Of a stretch of 24,545 bases of DNA, positions 17,688 through 24,545 are shown in pieces. Source of the stretch: Candidatus Hydrothermarchaeales archaeon (lineage in GTDB: Archaea; Hydrothermarchaeota; Hydrothermarchaeia; Hydrothermarchaeales; JAZGAD01). Made by a program: the position numbers and the translations under genes. Location of the stretch: NCBI GenBank assembly GCA_036444275.1, contig JAZGAD010000019.1, forward strand, positions 1 to 24,545, given 5' to 3'. Within the stretch, counting starts at the first letter, position 1, and each line of letters opens with the position of its first letter. The notes under the pieces are model-generated. The model worked only from the letters and a program-made list of their open reading frames with translations, searched no databases and was not told where the DNA came from.

Positions 17688-17736
17688 TGCTCTTAAAGTA
17701 CCGACTTTAGGAGCAGACAAGACACTTTAGGAGCAG
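17688..17736. repeat. Palindrome plus direct repeat of a 12-13 bp box
   Basis: TGCTCTTAAAGT-ACCG-ACTTTAGGAGCA (17688-17715, one mismatch); ACTTTAGGAGCAG repeated at 17704-17716 and 17724-17736. Confidence 0.8.
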
Positions 17737-17772
17737 GAAAGGAATAAATAATATTAAGTCCATATTATGCTC

Positions 17773-17871
17773 ATGGGAAAAGGTAAAGGAAGTGGCGGAA
17801 AGCCTAGCAAAAACCCTGGTAAATCTTCTGGTGGGGGCCGAGATAACGCCCCACCAAGAAAAGGTAAGTAA
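17773..17871 (+). CDS. Gly/Lys-rich micropeptide (32 aa)
   Basis: Hand translation MGKGKGSGGKPSKNPGKSSGGGRDNAPPRKGK; AT-rich TATA-like stretch 17744-17758 upstream; alternative in-frame ATG at 17767. Confidence 0.6.
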   Translation: MGKGKGSGGKPSKNPGKSSGGGRDNAPPRKGK

Positions 17872-17873
17872 AA

Positions 17874-17999
17874 TTAAATGTGGAAATTGGGCTCTATACC
17901 CAATTCACACATTTCGTGGATTAGTACCACAATGTTGTGAGCTATGACCTTGCATAGTAGCTCGTTTACTCGTGCCGTTGGATTCTTGGACTTGAGCTC
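17874..17999 (-). pseudogene. C-terminal remnant of an IS5/IS4-superfamily (DDE_Tnp_1-like) transposase
   Basis: Hand translation ELKSKNPTARVNELLCKVIAHNIVVLIHEMCELGIEPNFHI*; L.SK...NE.L.K...HNI pattern; in-frame TGA directly upstream. Confidence 0.75.
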
Positions 18000-18001
18000 T
18001 C

Positions 18002-18127
18002 ATGAAACAGATGCCCTTATACCGTCCCAACTATGGAGAAAAGCTAGAAGCCCGCCTGGGAATCAGTGGCAGCACCATATTAGTTTGCCGTAGGTGTGGC
18101 TACAACCATGAACTAATAGGCCCATGA
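18002..18127 (+). pseudogene. Decayed zinc-ribbon mini-gene (41 aa)
   Basis: MKQMPLYRPNYGEKLEARLGISGSTILVCRRCGYNHELIGP; the first knuckle YRPNYG uses CGT and TAT, each one base from Cys TGT. Confidence 0.5.
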
Positions 18128-18184
18128 AAGTTGAGGATTTCTACAAAGATACGATAAATTTCTGAGTGACTTAAAAAAATCTAA

Positions 18185-18892
18185 TTAATAAAATACGTCT
18201 TTCTCACCCAGCATTTTAATTCTCTCTTCGATTGACGGGTGCCAATACCATGGCCATGTGGCTAAAGCATAAACATATTTTTTTAATCTTTCTTCAAACT
18301 CAGATGGTCCGTCCGGGAATTCCGTCTGTTCTATTTCCTCGAACTTTTCCAGGACTTTAATGAATGTTCGGCAGTCTGTTTTTTTACATGCTAATTCATC
18401 GCATTTAAACTCTTCCCAATTACCAATTAAGCAAAGAGATCGCCTAAGCAAAACAAAAATTAAAAAATAAAAACCAAATATATTTATAGAAAAATTTCCG
18501 ATCAAAAGTGATCTAATTGGGTAAGATATTAAGTTTAGTCCTGAACTAACATAGAAGCTGATAAAAAGCAAAGTTAGAATATTCCAAAATTTACTTACCA
18601 TGTGCCCTATTTCATGTGCAAAAATTGTTTTTAACTCTAAAATACTAAATCGCTTAATTAACCCTGATGTAATTCTAATACCATCCCACTGGAATGGACT
18701 TAAACTCATTCCAGCCGTGGGATAATCAATGATTTTAATTTCAAGAACCGGTGGATTCTTTCTACCAAATTTCTCGGAAACTTCTCTTAGGGCATCGAAA
18801 ATGTTTTGGCTTGGGCAATTGAATTCTTTGAACATATACAATGCTCCCACCTTATGAGAAAAAATAATAAAATAAAAACCCTTCGCTTTCAT
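18185..18892 (-). CDS. M48 (HtpX-like) zinc metalloprotease
   Basis: ELKTIFAHEIGH, two TM segments, EFKCD, HPSIEERI; AT-rich; start uncertain. Confidence 0.85.
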   Translation of the reverse strand: MKAKGFYFIIFSHKVGALYMFKEFNCPSQNIFDALREVSEKFGRKNPPVLEIKIIDYPTAGMSLSPFQWDGIRITSGLIKRFSILELKTIFAHEIGHMVSKFWNILTLLFISFYVSSGLNLISYPIRSLLIGNFSINIFGFYFLIFVLLRRSLCLIGNWEEFKCDELACKKTDCRTFIKVLEKFEEIEQTEFPDGPSEFEERLKKYVYALATWPWYWHPSIEERIKMLGEKDVFY

Positions 18893-19016
18893 GTCACGTA
18901 AACTAAGCTTGTCTTATCCTCTTTTACCTCACAATAACCTTTATTACTATCACTAGAGAGGTTTCCTCTTCTAGATGAAAACCCAGTATACTATAGTTAG
19001 AATTAGAGACTAAGAA

Positions 19017-19736
19017 TTATGAAGTAAGCTTGAGGGCTTTTTCTAGATTTATTTCTCCAGAGTATAATGCTGAACCTATTACAACGCCCAATGCACCAAT
19101 TTTTGATATACATTCTATGTCTTCTAGGGATGAGATCCCTCCAGAGGCTATCACGTCGAGAGATGTGGCTTTGACTATTTCTCTAATGGATTTCTCGTCA
19201 GGCCCCTTCATTAAGCCTTCAACGTCAACATTGGTGAAGAGCACCTCACTTGCATAGCGCTCGAATTTCTGGACGATTTCAGTTGCCCGTATATTCGTGT
19301 CTTTGGTCCAGCCTTTAACCACGACATTGCCTGCTTTTGAATCCAAAGCGATAGTGATCCTGTCTGCTCCATATTCCTCGGCCAGCTTTCCCAATGCGTC
19401 GGGCATTTGGACTGCAAGGGTTCCAAGTATCACTCTCGCAACACCTAGATCGAGAAAGAGCCTAGCGTCTTCCATACTCCTAATACCCCCTCCAAACTGT
19501 ACCGGTATCTCGATCTCTCCTAGAATATCCCTAACAATAGACTCGTTTTTCCTTACTCCTTGAATAGCGCCGTCTAAGTCAACAAGATGCAATCTGGGTG
19601 CGCCTTTAGCTTGCCATTGCAATGCTATCCCTACAGGATCGTCCAGCGATAGGATAATCCTATTTGGGTCTCCCTGTACAAGCTGCACACACTTTCCATC
19701 CTTTAAGTCCAGCGCAGGGATCACAAGAAATGACAT
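19017..19736 (-). CDS. hisA: ProFAR isomerase HisA
   Basis: VIPALDLKDGKCVQLVQGD, LHLVDLDGA, QFGGGIRS, IASGGI. Confidence 0.95.
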   Translation of the reverse strand: MSFLVIPALDLKDGKCVQLVQGDPNRIILSLDDPVGIALQWQAKGAPRLHLVDLDGAIQGVRKNESIVRDILGEIEIPVQFGGGIRSMEDARLFLDLGVARVILGTLAVQMPDALGKLAEEYGADRITIALDSKAGNVVVKGWTKDTNIRATEIVQKFERYASEVLFTNVDVEGLMKGPDEKSIREIVKATSLDVIASGGISSLEDIECISKIGALGVVIGSALYSGEINLEKALKLTS

Positions 19737-19749
19737 CTTTCACACCGCC

Positions 19750-20208
19750 TCACTTCTTCTTTATCTTTATTACGTCTCCTATGGTAAGCTCGCCTCTAGT
19801 GGCTTCCCCAGCCTTAACAGGCTCAGCCTCTGATTTGTCCAAAATCTTTATCCCTAGCACTCGCTCCAACTTCTTTGTCAGCTTTAAGTCAGGCATCATC
19901 CTTCCGGCTTCGAGCCTGGCTATTACTGAAGCTCGTTCGTTAATGAGTTTCCCCAATTCCTCCTGCGTCAAATTCCTCTTCTCCCTAGCACATCTTATGA
20001 GCTCTGGGTATCCCTCTACGAAGTCGACTTCTGCTTTTGCGTCGACGGCAACTGGCCTCTTGAAGGTTTTGCTCCGTGGGATGAAGCTCTTTCTTTCCTC
20101 TTTCAGTTCCCCCAACTTGGAGCATGCACCGCAGGTGCGCATCAGGGTGCCCTCTATCTTTACTGACACCGCTCTCTCTATACTCTTACCGCAAATCTCG
20201 CACTCCAT
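19750..20208 (-). CDS. mbf1: Archaeal multiprotein bridging factor aMBF1
   Basis: CEICG...CGAC zinc ribbon, Cro-like HTH LTQEELG...IARLEAG, C-terminal LTIGD. Confidence 0.93.
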   Translation of the reverse strand: MECEICGKSIERAVSVKIEGTLMRTCGACSKLGELKEERKSFIPRSKTFKRPVAVDAKAEVDFVEGYPELIRCAREKRNLTQEELGKLINERASVIARLEAGRMMPDLKLTKKLERVLGIKILDKSEAEPVKAGEATRGELTIGDVIKIKKK

Positions 20209-20341
20209 AACTGCATCCAGTGCATTTTTTAGATAAGTTATCTTTAAGATGTTAAATAATAAGGTTTTGCTTAATATGGGAAGGGTGAACGGGAAGGAAA
20301 ACTATATATCACCATGAATTTAGAATTTAAGAGGAGGAGAG

Positions 20342-21595
20342 ATGCCACGCGAAGCTAAACCGAAGCCTCAAGAAGAGATGTCTAAGTACCTGTTAAACCG
20401 GGTGCGTGATCTTGAGAGGGAATGCGTCCAACTTGCTAACGAGAGTAGCCGGATAAAGAATGGCTATGCCCAGCGTGTGAAGTGGCTGGAGGACAAGAAG
20501 CGTTCCCTAGAGAACCAGAATATTCAACTTGACCGAGAAGTTAGGCGTCTGAGAAGCGAGCTGGAGAGGCTTAGGACAACGCCACTTATTATAGGCACGG
20601 TCATGGATGTATTGTCGAATGGTAAGGTAGTGGTGAAGAGTTCCACCGGGCCAAATTTCGTCGTGAATTCCTCCCAGTTTATAGACAAGAGCAACCTAGT
20701 ATCCGGCGCCAGGGTCGCTATGAACCAGCAGTCCTTTGCGGTTATCGAGGTTCTGCCTGTGGAGAAGGATCCAGCGGTTCTCGCAATGGAGATAGACGAG
20801 AAGCCGGAGTTAAGCTACGGCGACGTTGGTGGACTAGCGGACTCGATAAGGGAGATCAAAGAGACTGTAGAGCTGCCCCTGCTGAACCCAGAAGCTTTCG
20901 AGAAGGTTGGTATAGACCCCCCAAAGGGCGTACTACTATACGGCCCTCCAGGCACAGGTAAGACCCTCTTGGCGAAGGCAGTGGCGCATGAGACGAATTC
21001 AGTCTTCATTAAGCTGATAGGCTCAGAGCTTGTGAGGAAGTATATAGGAGAGGGCGCTAGATTGGTTAGAGAACTCTTCAAGATGGCTGAAGAGAAGGCT
21101 CCCAGCATAATATTTATTGACGAGGTAGACGCTATAGGCGCCAAACGGCTGGATGCTGCTACGAGCGGCGACCGCGAGGTCCAACGCACCTTGATGCAAC
21201 TCCTCGCAGAGATGGACGGCTTCAATCCCCGGGGGGATGTTAGGCTAATAGCAGCTACGAATAGGCCTGACATACTAGATCCTGCTATGCTGCGGCCAGG
21301 CAGATTTGACCGGCTAATCGAGATCCCAATGCCAGACTTTAATGACCGGGCCGAGATCTTCAAGATCCACAGTAGGAGGATGAACATGAGCAAGGACGTG
21401 TCGCTGGAGGACCTCGCTATGCAGACTGACGGCTCCTCGGGCGCAGACATCAAAGCTATATGCACCGAGGCTGGTATGTTCACTATTAGAGAAGGGCAGG
21501 ATACCGTTCTCCAGGCGGACTTCGAAAAGGCGATCGCAAAGGTCATAGGCAAATTCGATGAAGGGGGAGAAGAAGCCGGTGTGATGTACACATAG
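20342..21595 (+). CDS. pan: Proteasome-activating nucleotidase
   Basis: Coiled coil and OB domain (KSSTGPNF), GPPGTGKT, pore loop [33 protein letters not shown]-terminal HbYX (MYT); GAGGAGG upstream. Confidence 0.97.
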   Translation: MPREAKPKPQEEMSKYLLNRVRDLERECVQLANESSRIKNGYAQRVKWLEDKKRSLENQNIQLDREVRRLRSELERLRTTPLIIGTVMDVLSNGKVVVKSSTGPNFVVNSSQFIDKSNLVSGARVAMNQQSFAVIEVLPVEKDPAVLAMEIDEKPELSYGDVGGLADSIREIKETVELPLLNPEAFEKVGIDPPKGVLLYGPPGTGKTLLAKAVAHETNSVFIKLIGSELVRKYIGEGARLVRELFKMAEEKAPSIIFIDEVDAIGAKRLDAATSGDREVQRTLMQLLAEMDGFNPRGDVRLIAATNRPDILDPAMLRPGRFDRLIEIPMPDFNDRAEIFKIHSRRMNMSKDVSLEDLAMQTDGSSGADIKAICTEAGMFTIREGQDTVLQADFEKAIAKVIGKFDEGGEEAGVMYT

Positions 21596-21647
21596 CCAGT
21601 GCTTATCGAGAAACAGGGTTTTAGTTATCTCCTGCTATCTAGAAAGG

Positions 21648-22736
21648 CTAAGAGACAATCATCAGGACATCCTTGTCCTTCAACTTGTGTCTAACACCGA
21701 CTCTCTGACCGTCGTGCTTCGCAGAACTTCCCCAGACCTGCGCATACTTGAAGTTTTTCTTTAGATCGGTGTGCAAGCGGTCGCATAGATCGCCTACAGT
21801 GGTGTTCTTAAGTACTATCATCGGCTCTTCCAAATCAGATTTTTCCCCCTGAGGCTTTAGGTACACCCTGATGAAATTCAACCTCTGAAACATTGCTTCC
21901 TTTAGCTCATCCAGATTCGTTCCCTTAGCAGCTGAAATTGGCAGGTATTGCCTGGGGAGATGCCTTCTGACCTCCCCTAGGTAGTCCTTCTTTACCAAAT
22001 CCATCTTATTCAAGACTATCAAAGAGGGTATGTATATCCTATTTCCTGCTAGCGCGTCTAGGAACTCATCCATGTTTATGTCCTGCCTGATCACCACTTC
22101 TGCGTTATGCATCCCGTATCCCCTCAGAAGGTCCTTCACTGTCTCCTCGTCCAGCTTCGTCAGCTTAATGGTAGAATTTACATTTAACCCTCCCCTGCTC
22201 TTCTGTTTTATCCTAACATTTGGTGGGCGTCTGTCCAGTCTTAATCCAGTTTCCCAAAGCTCTCTGCTTATTACGTCGAGTTGGCTGAGATTAAAGACAT
22301 CGATGAGGATGAGAATAAGGTCAGCGGCTCTTGCAATTGAGAGAATCTCCCTGCCGCGCCCCCTGCCTGAGGCGGCTCCCTTTATAAGCCCTGGAGCATC
22401 TAGGATCTGCATCCTCGCCCCCTTGTACTCCAGGATCCCGGGTTCGATTTTGAGGGTAGTAAAGGCATAGTCAGCGACTTTGGAGCTGGCATTAGTAAGC
22501 CTGTTAAGAAGGGTGGATTTACCAACAGATGGCAGCCCTATGAGCAAGATAGTAGCATTTCCTGCTTTCCTAATGGAATATCCCTCTTTGGAGCCGCTCC
22601 GTGCACCCTCCGTCCTCTCTGCCTTCTTAAGCTTCGCCAGTTTCGCCTTCAGTATGCCTATATGGCGTTGAGTTGCCTTGTTATAGGGAGTTCTCCGGAT
22701 CTCGTCTTCTATTTCCTTTATCTTCTCATCAAGCAT
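21648..22736 (-). CDS. drg: DRG/Rbg-family OBG GTPase with TGS domain
   Basis: TPYNKATQRHIG, GLPSVGKST, YAFTTL, DAPG, NKMD, VWGSSAKH; start set at MLDEK (22736). Confidence 0.93.
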   Translation of the reverse strand: MLDEKIKEIEDEIRRTPYNKATQRHIGILKAKLAKLKKAERTEGARSGSKEGYSIRKAGNATILLIGLPSVGKSTLLNRLTNASSKVADYAFTTLKIEPGILEYKGARMQILDAPGLIKGAASGRGRGREILSIARAADLILILIDVFNLSQLDVISRELWETGLRLDRRPPNVRIKQKSRGGLNVNSTIKLTKLDEETVKDLLRGYGMHNAEVVIRQDINMDEFLDALAGNRIYIPSLIVLNKMDLVKKDYLGEVRRHLPRQYLPISAAKGTNLDELKEAMFQRLNFIRVYLKPQGEKSDLEEPMIVLKNTTVGDLCDRLHTDLKKNFKYAQVWGSSAKHDGQRVGVRHKLKDKDVLMIVS

Positions 22737-22815
22737 CCTAATTACTTCGTGCAGTAACATTTTAAAGTTAGAGCTATAAACGATGTGCCCCAACGAGACA
22801 AAAGGAGGGCATGGC

Positions 22816-22899
22816 ATGGCAGAGGACAACGTGATCTACATCGGAAAGAAACCTACGAGCATCGCTCAACTATGGAAAGAGCAAGTGACGTTTGGTTAA
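22816..22899 (+). pseudogene. albA: 5' fragment of a chromatin protein Alba gene
   Basis: Hand translation MAEDNVIYIGKKPT matches the Alba N-terminus, then diverges (SIAQLWKEQVTFG*); GGAGGG SD upstream. Confidence 0.7.
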
Positions 22900-22953
22900 A
22901 GGTATATAGGCATCTCTACTTATTTGATTAAATTCTCATCATCAGGGGTTTCT

Positions 22954-23586
22954 ATGAAGATAGACCTACATGTTCATAGTAAGTACTCGAAGGATTGCTG
23001 GCTGGAGCTTAAGGATCTCCTCAAGGTTGCTCAAACCAGATTAGACGCTATCGCTATTACCGATCACGACACCATAAGGGGGGGACTTGAAGCTAGAAGA
23101 TTAGTTGAGGAAGGGGAGGCTGAGATTAAGGTTATAGTTGGGGCAGAAATTAAGACTAACAAGGGGGAGGTAATGGGTTATGGCCTGGAAGAAGAGATAG
23201 CCGCTAGGGATTTTTGGGAAGTTGTAGATGCAATTAGGGAGCAGGGAGGCATTGTAGGGGTGTCGCATCCTTTTGATAGCATTAGACCCCACAGCCTTAA
23301 ACCGGGTAAGGATATACTGCAGGGCATCGATACCGTGGAGGTCTTCAACTCCCGATGCATCCTTGCATCCTTCAACGAGAAGGCCATGAAATTCGCCATA
23401 GAAAATAACCTAGGTATGACAGCTGGCAGCGATGCCCATACCCTCCAAGAGATAGGCAGATCGGGAGTGGTGCTGGATTCCCTTGAATTTAACCCTGAGA
23501 TGCTGAGAGACGCCAAAATTTTTGGGGAAAAGACATCGCCATTGGAACTGATAAAAACAAAGTTTAAGAAGGTGATTCGACCTTAA
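22954..23586 (+). CDS. PHP-domain metallophosphoesterase
   Basis: DLHVHSKYS, AITDHD, GAEI, SHPF, EVFN, AGSDAH; ATG at 22954. Confidence 0.9.
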   Translation: MKIDLHVHSKYSKDCWLELKDLLKVAQTRLDAIAITDHDTIRGGLEARRLVEEGEAEIKVIVGAEIKTNKGEVMGYGLEEEIAARDFWEVVDAIREQGGIVGVSHPFDSIRPHSLKPGKDILQGIDTVEVFNSRCILASFNEKAMKFAIENNLGMTAGSDAHTLQEIGRSGVVLDSLEFNPEMLRDAKIFGEKTSPLELIKTKFKKVIRP

Positions 23587-23587
23587 A

Positions 23588-24256
23588 ATGTGCATGAACC
23601 TCAAGGAGTCCGCTGCTATTTCCGGCGTTTCTCTCGTTGAAGACGGCCAGGTCTTAGGCCTAGGTACAGGGTCCACTGTTTACTACGCCCTAGTAGAGCT
23701 CGCTAAGAGGATTAAAGAAGAGGGGTTGGAGGTACTTGGGATCCCTACTTCGAACGCTACAGAGCAACTGGCTAGGGATAATGGAATCCCGCTCACCACG
23801 CTTCAGGAGCACCCACAGGTGGATCTGGATATAGATGGTGCTGATCAGGTATCTGAAAGCCTGGACATTATTAAGGGCGGCGGCGGTGCTCATTTCAGGG
23901 AAAAAGCAGTGGCCCTAGCATCCAAGAGATTCGTAGTCATCGTAGATGAAAGCAAACTCTCCCAGGGTTTGGATATGCTTATACCTGTAGAGGCGTTGCC
24001 CTTCTCATGGAATCTAGTGGAAAAAGAGCTTACAGCGATAGGAGGCAACCCCGTGCTTAGATTATCTAGGGATACGCCCTTTGTTACTGACAATGGAAAC
24101 TATATCATAGATGTGGATTTCGGAGAGATTGCTGACCCAAAGAAACTCGAAGGAGAAATCAACGCTATAGCAGGTGTCTTGGAGAATGGAATATTCTCTG
24201 GCCTAGCTTGTGAGGTCCACGTTGGAGCTAAAAGCGGGGTAGAAATCCTCAAGTGA
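23588..24256 (+). CDS. rpiA: Ribose-5-phosphate isomerase A
   Basis: GLGTGST, DGADQV, IKGGGGAHFREK, TDNGNYIID. Confidence 0.96.
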   Translation: MCMNLKESAAISGVSLVEDGQVLGLGTGSTVYYALVELAKRIKEEGLEVLGIPTSNATEQLARDNGIPLTTLQEHPQVDLDIDGADQVSESLDIIKGGGGAHFREKAVALASKRFVVIVDESKLSQGLDMLIPVEALPFSWNLVEKELTAIGGNPVLRLSRDTPFVTDNGNYIIDVDFGEIADPKKLEGEINAIAGVLENGIFSGLACEVHVGAKSGVEILK

Positions 24257-24420
24257 ACGTTATCCGATGTATGGAAGGACCCCACTTTTCTCCTTAGTCT
24301 TATGCCAATGTTCGTAAGTCTCATTCATCTTCTTGTCCTGCGATATGTTTTCGTGGTGAATTCCGCTCTCGTCCTTTCTATCTGAGCATCTAGTTTCGGG
24401 GTCGATATACCTACCCTCAA

Positions 24421-24430
24421 TATTTATAAA
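24421..24430 (+). promoter_or_regulatory. TATA box of the tRNA gene
   Basis: TATTTATAAA about 25-30 nt upstream of the tRNA 5' end. Confidence 0.6.
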
Positions 24431-24453
24431 CAACCACCGGGAAGGTGTTATCA

Positions 24454-24545
24454 GCCGGGGTAACTCAGCCTGGTTAGAGTGCCACGCTCATAGGGCCCAG
24501 GCCTGGGATACGTGGAAGTCGCGGGTTCGAAGCCCGCCCCCGGCA
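24454..24545 (+). tRNA. tRNA-Met(CAU), probably elongator, with 17-nt intron at 37/38 (24493-24509)
   Basis: Acceptor GCCGGGG/CCCCGGC+A, anticodon stem CCACG/CGTGG, CAT at 24489-24491, T arm GCGGG-TTCGAAG-CCCGC; canonical bulge-helix-bulge (CUCA pairs with UGGG); G1-C72 argues against initiator. Confidence 0.93.

Noticed and set aside
15104-18145. Short shared words GGGAGGATTT (15104, 16969) and GGATTTCTACA (15387, 18135)
   Set aside because: Pairs of 10-11 bp are expected by chance in a few kb; not clearly part of the junction repeat
19750-21595. mbf1 adjacent to pan
   Set aside because: Known conserved neighbourhood in archaea; not novel
22737-22829. 31-aa N-terminal extension of DRG
   Set aside because: Family similarity begins at MLDEK; the region holds divergent promoter signals and the Alba fragment
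24260-24328. Minus-strand 22-aa ORF MNETYEHWHKTKEKSGVLPYIG
   Set aside because: Very short with no convincing promoter or start context; cannot be supported without homologs
1-24545. CRISPR array or cas genes
   Set aside because: No regularly spaced repeats with unique spacers; the three-copy repeat is separated by whole genes

Overview
Archaeal (euryarchaeal-type) chromosomal segment. Housekeeping blocks: NhaP-like antiporter; coupled mre11-rad50-XPD/Rad3 helicase; ABC-2 exporter; NTPase/EngB; DUF355 kinase; ferredoxin plus CrtI-like FAD oxidoreductase; MazG-like and DUF6775-like genes; hisA-mbf1 divergent from pan; DRG GTPase; PHP hydrolase-rpiA; intron-containing tRNA-Met(CAU). Two AT-rich accessory patches interrupt them (about 8.3-9.45 kb and about 15.0-18.95 kb). 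Each contains the C-terminal remnant of a DDE transposase that the ORF track misses, and the two patches share IS-end-like motifs. In the larger patch a HEPN (RNCIVH) gene and a secreted YHYH-type gene sit between three direct copies of an AAACAAGTTTC-cored motif, suggesting a cassette-like array beside a decayed IS5-like element. Other oddities: a candidate sRNA hairpin displaying an anti-Shine-Dalgarno sequence, an Alba 5' fragment, a Gly/Lys-rich micropeptide, a decayed zinc ribbon, and an NhaP lacking the ion-binding Asp. All family calls are by motif recognition; no searches were run.
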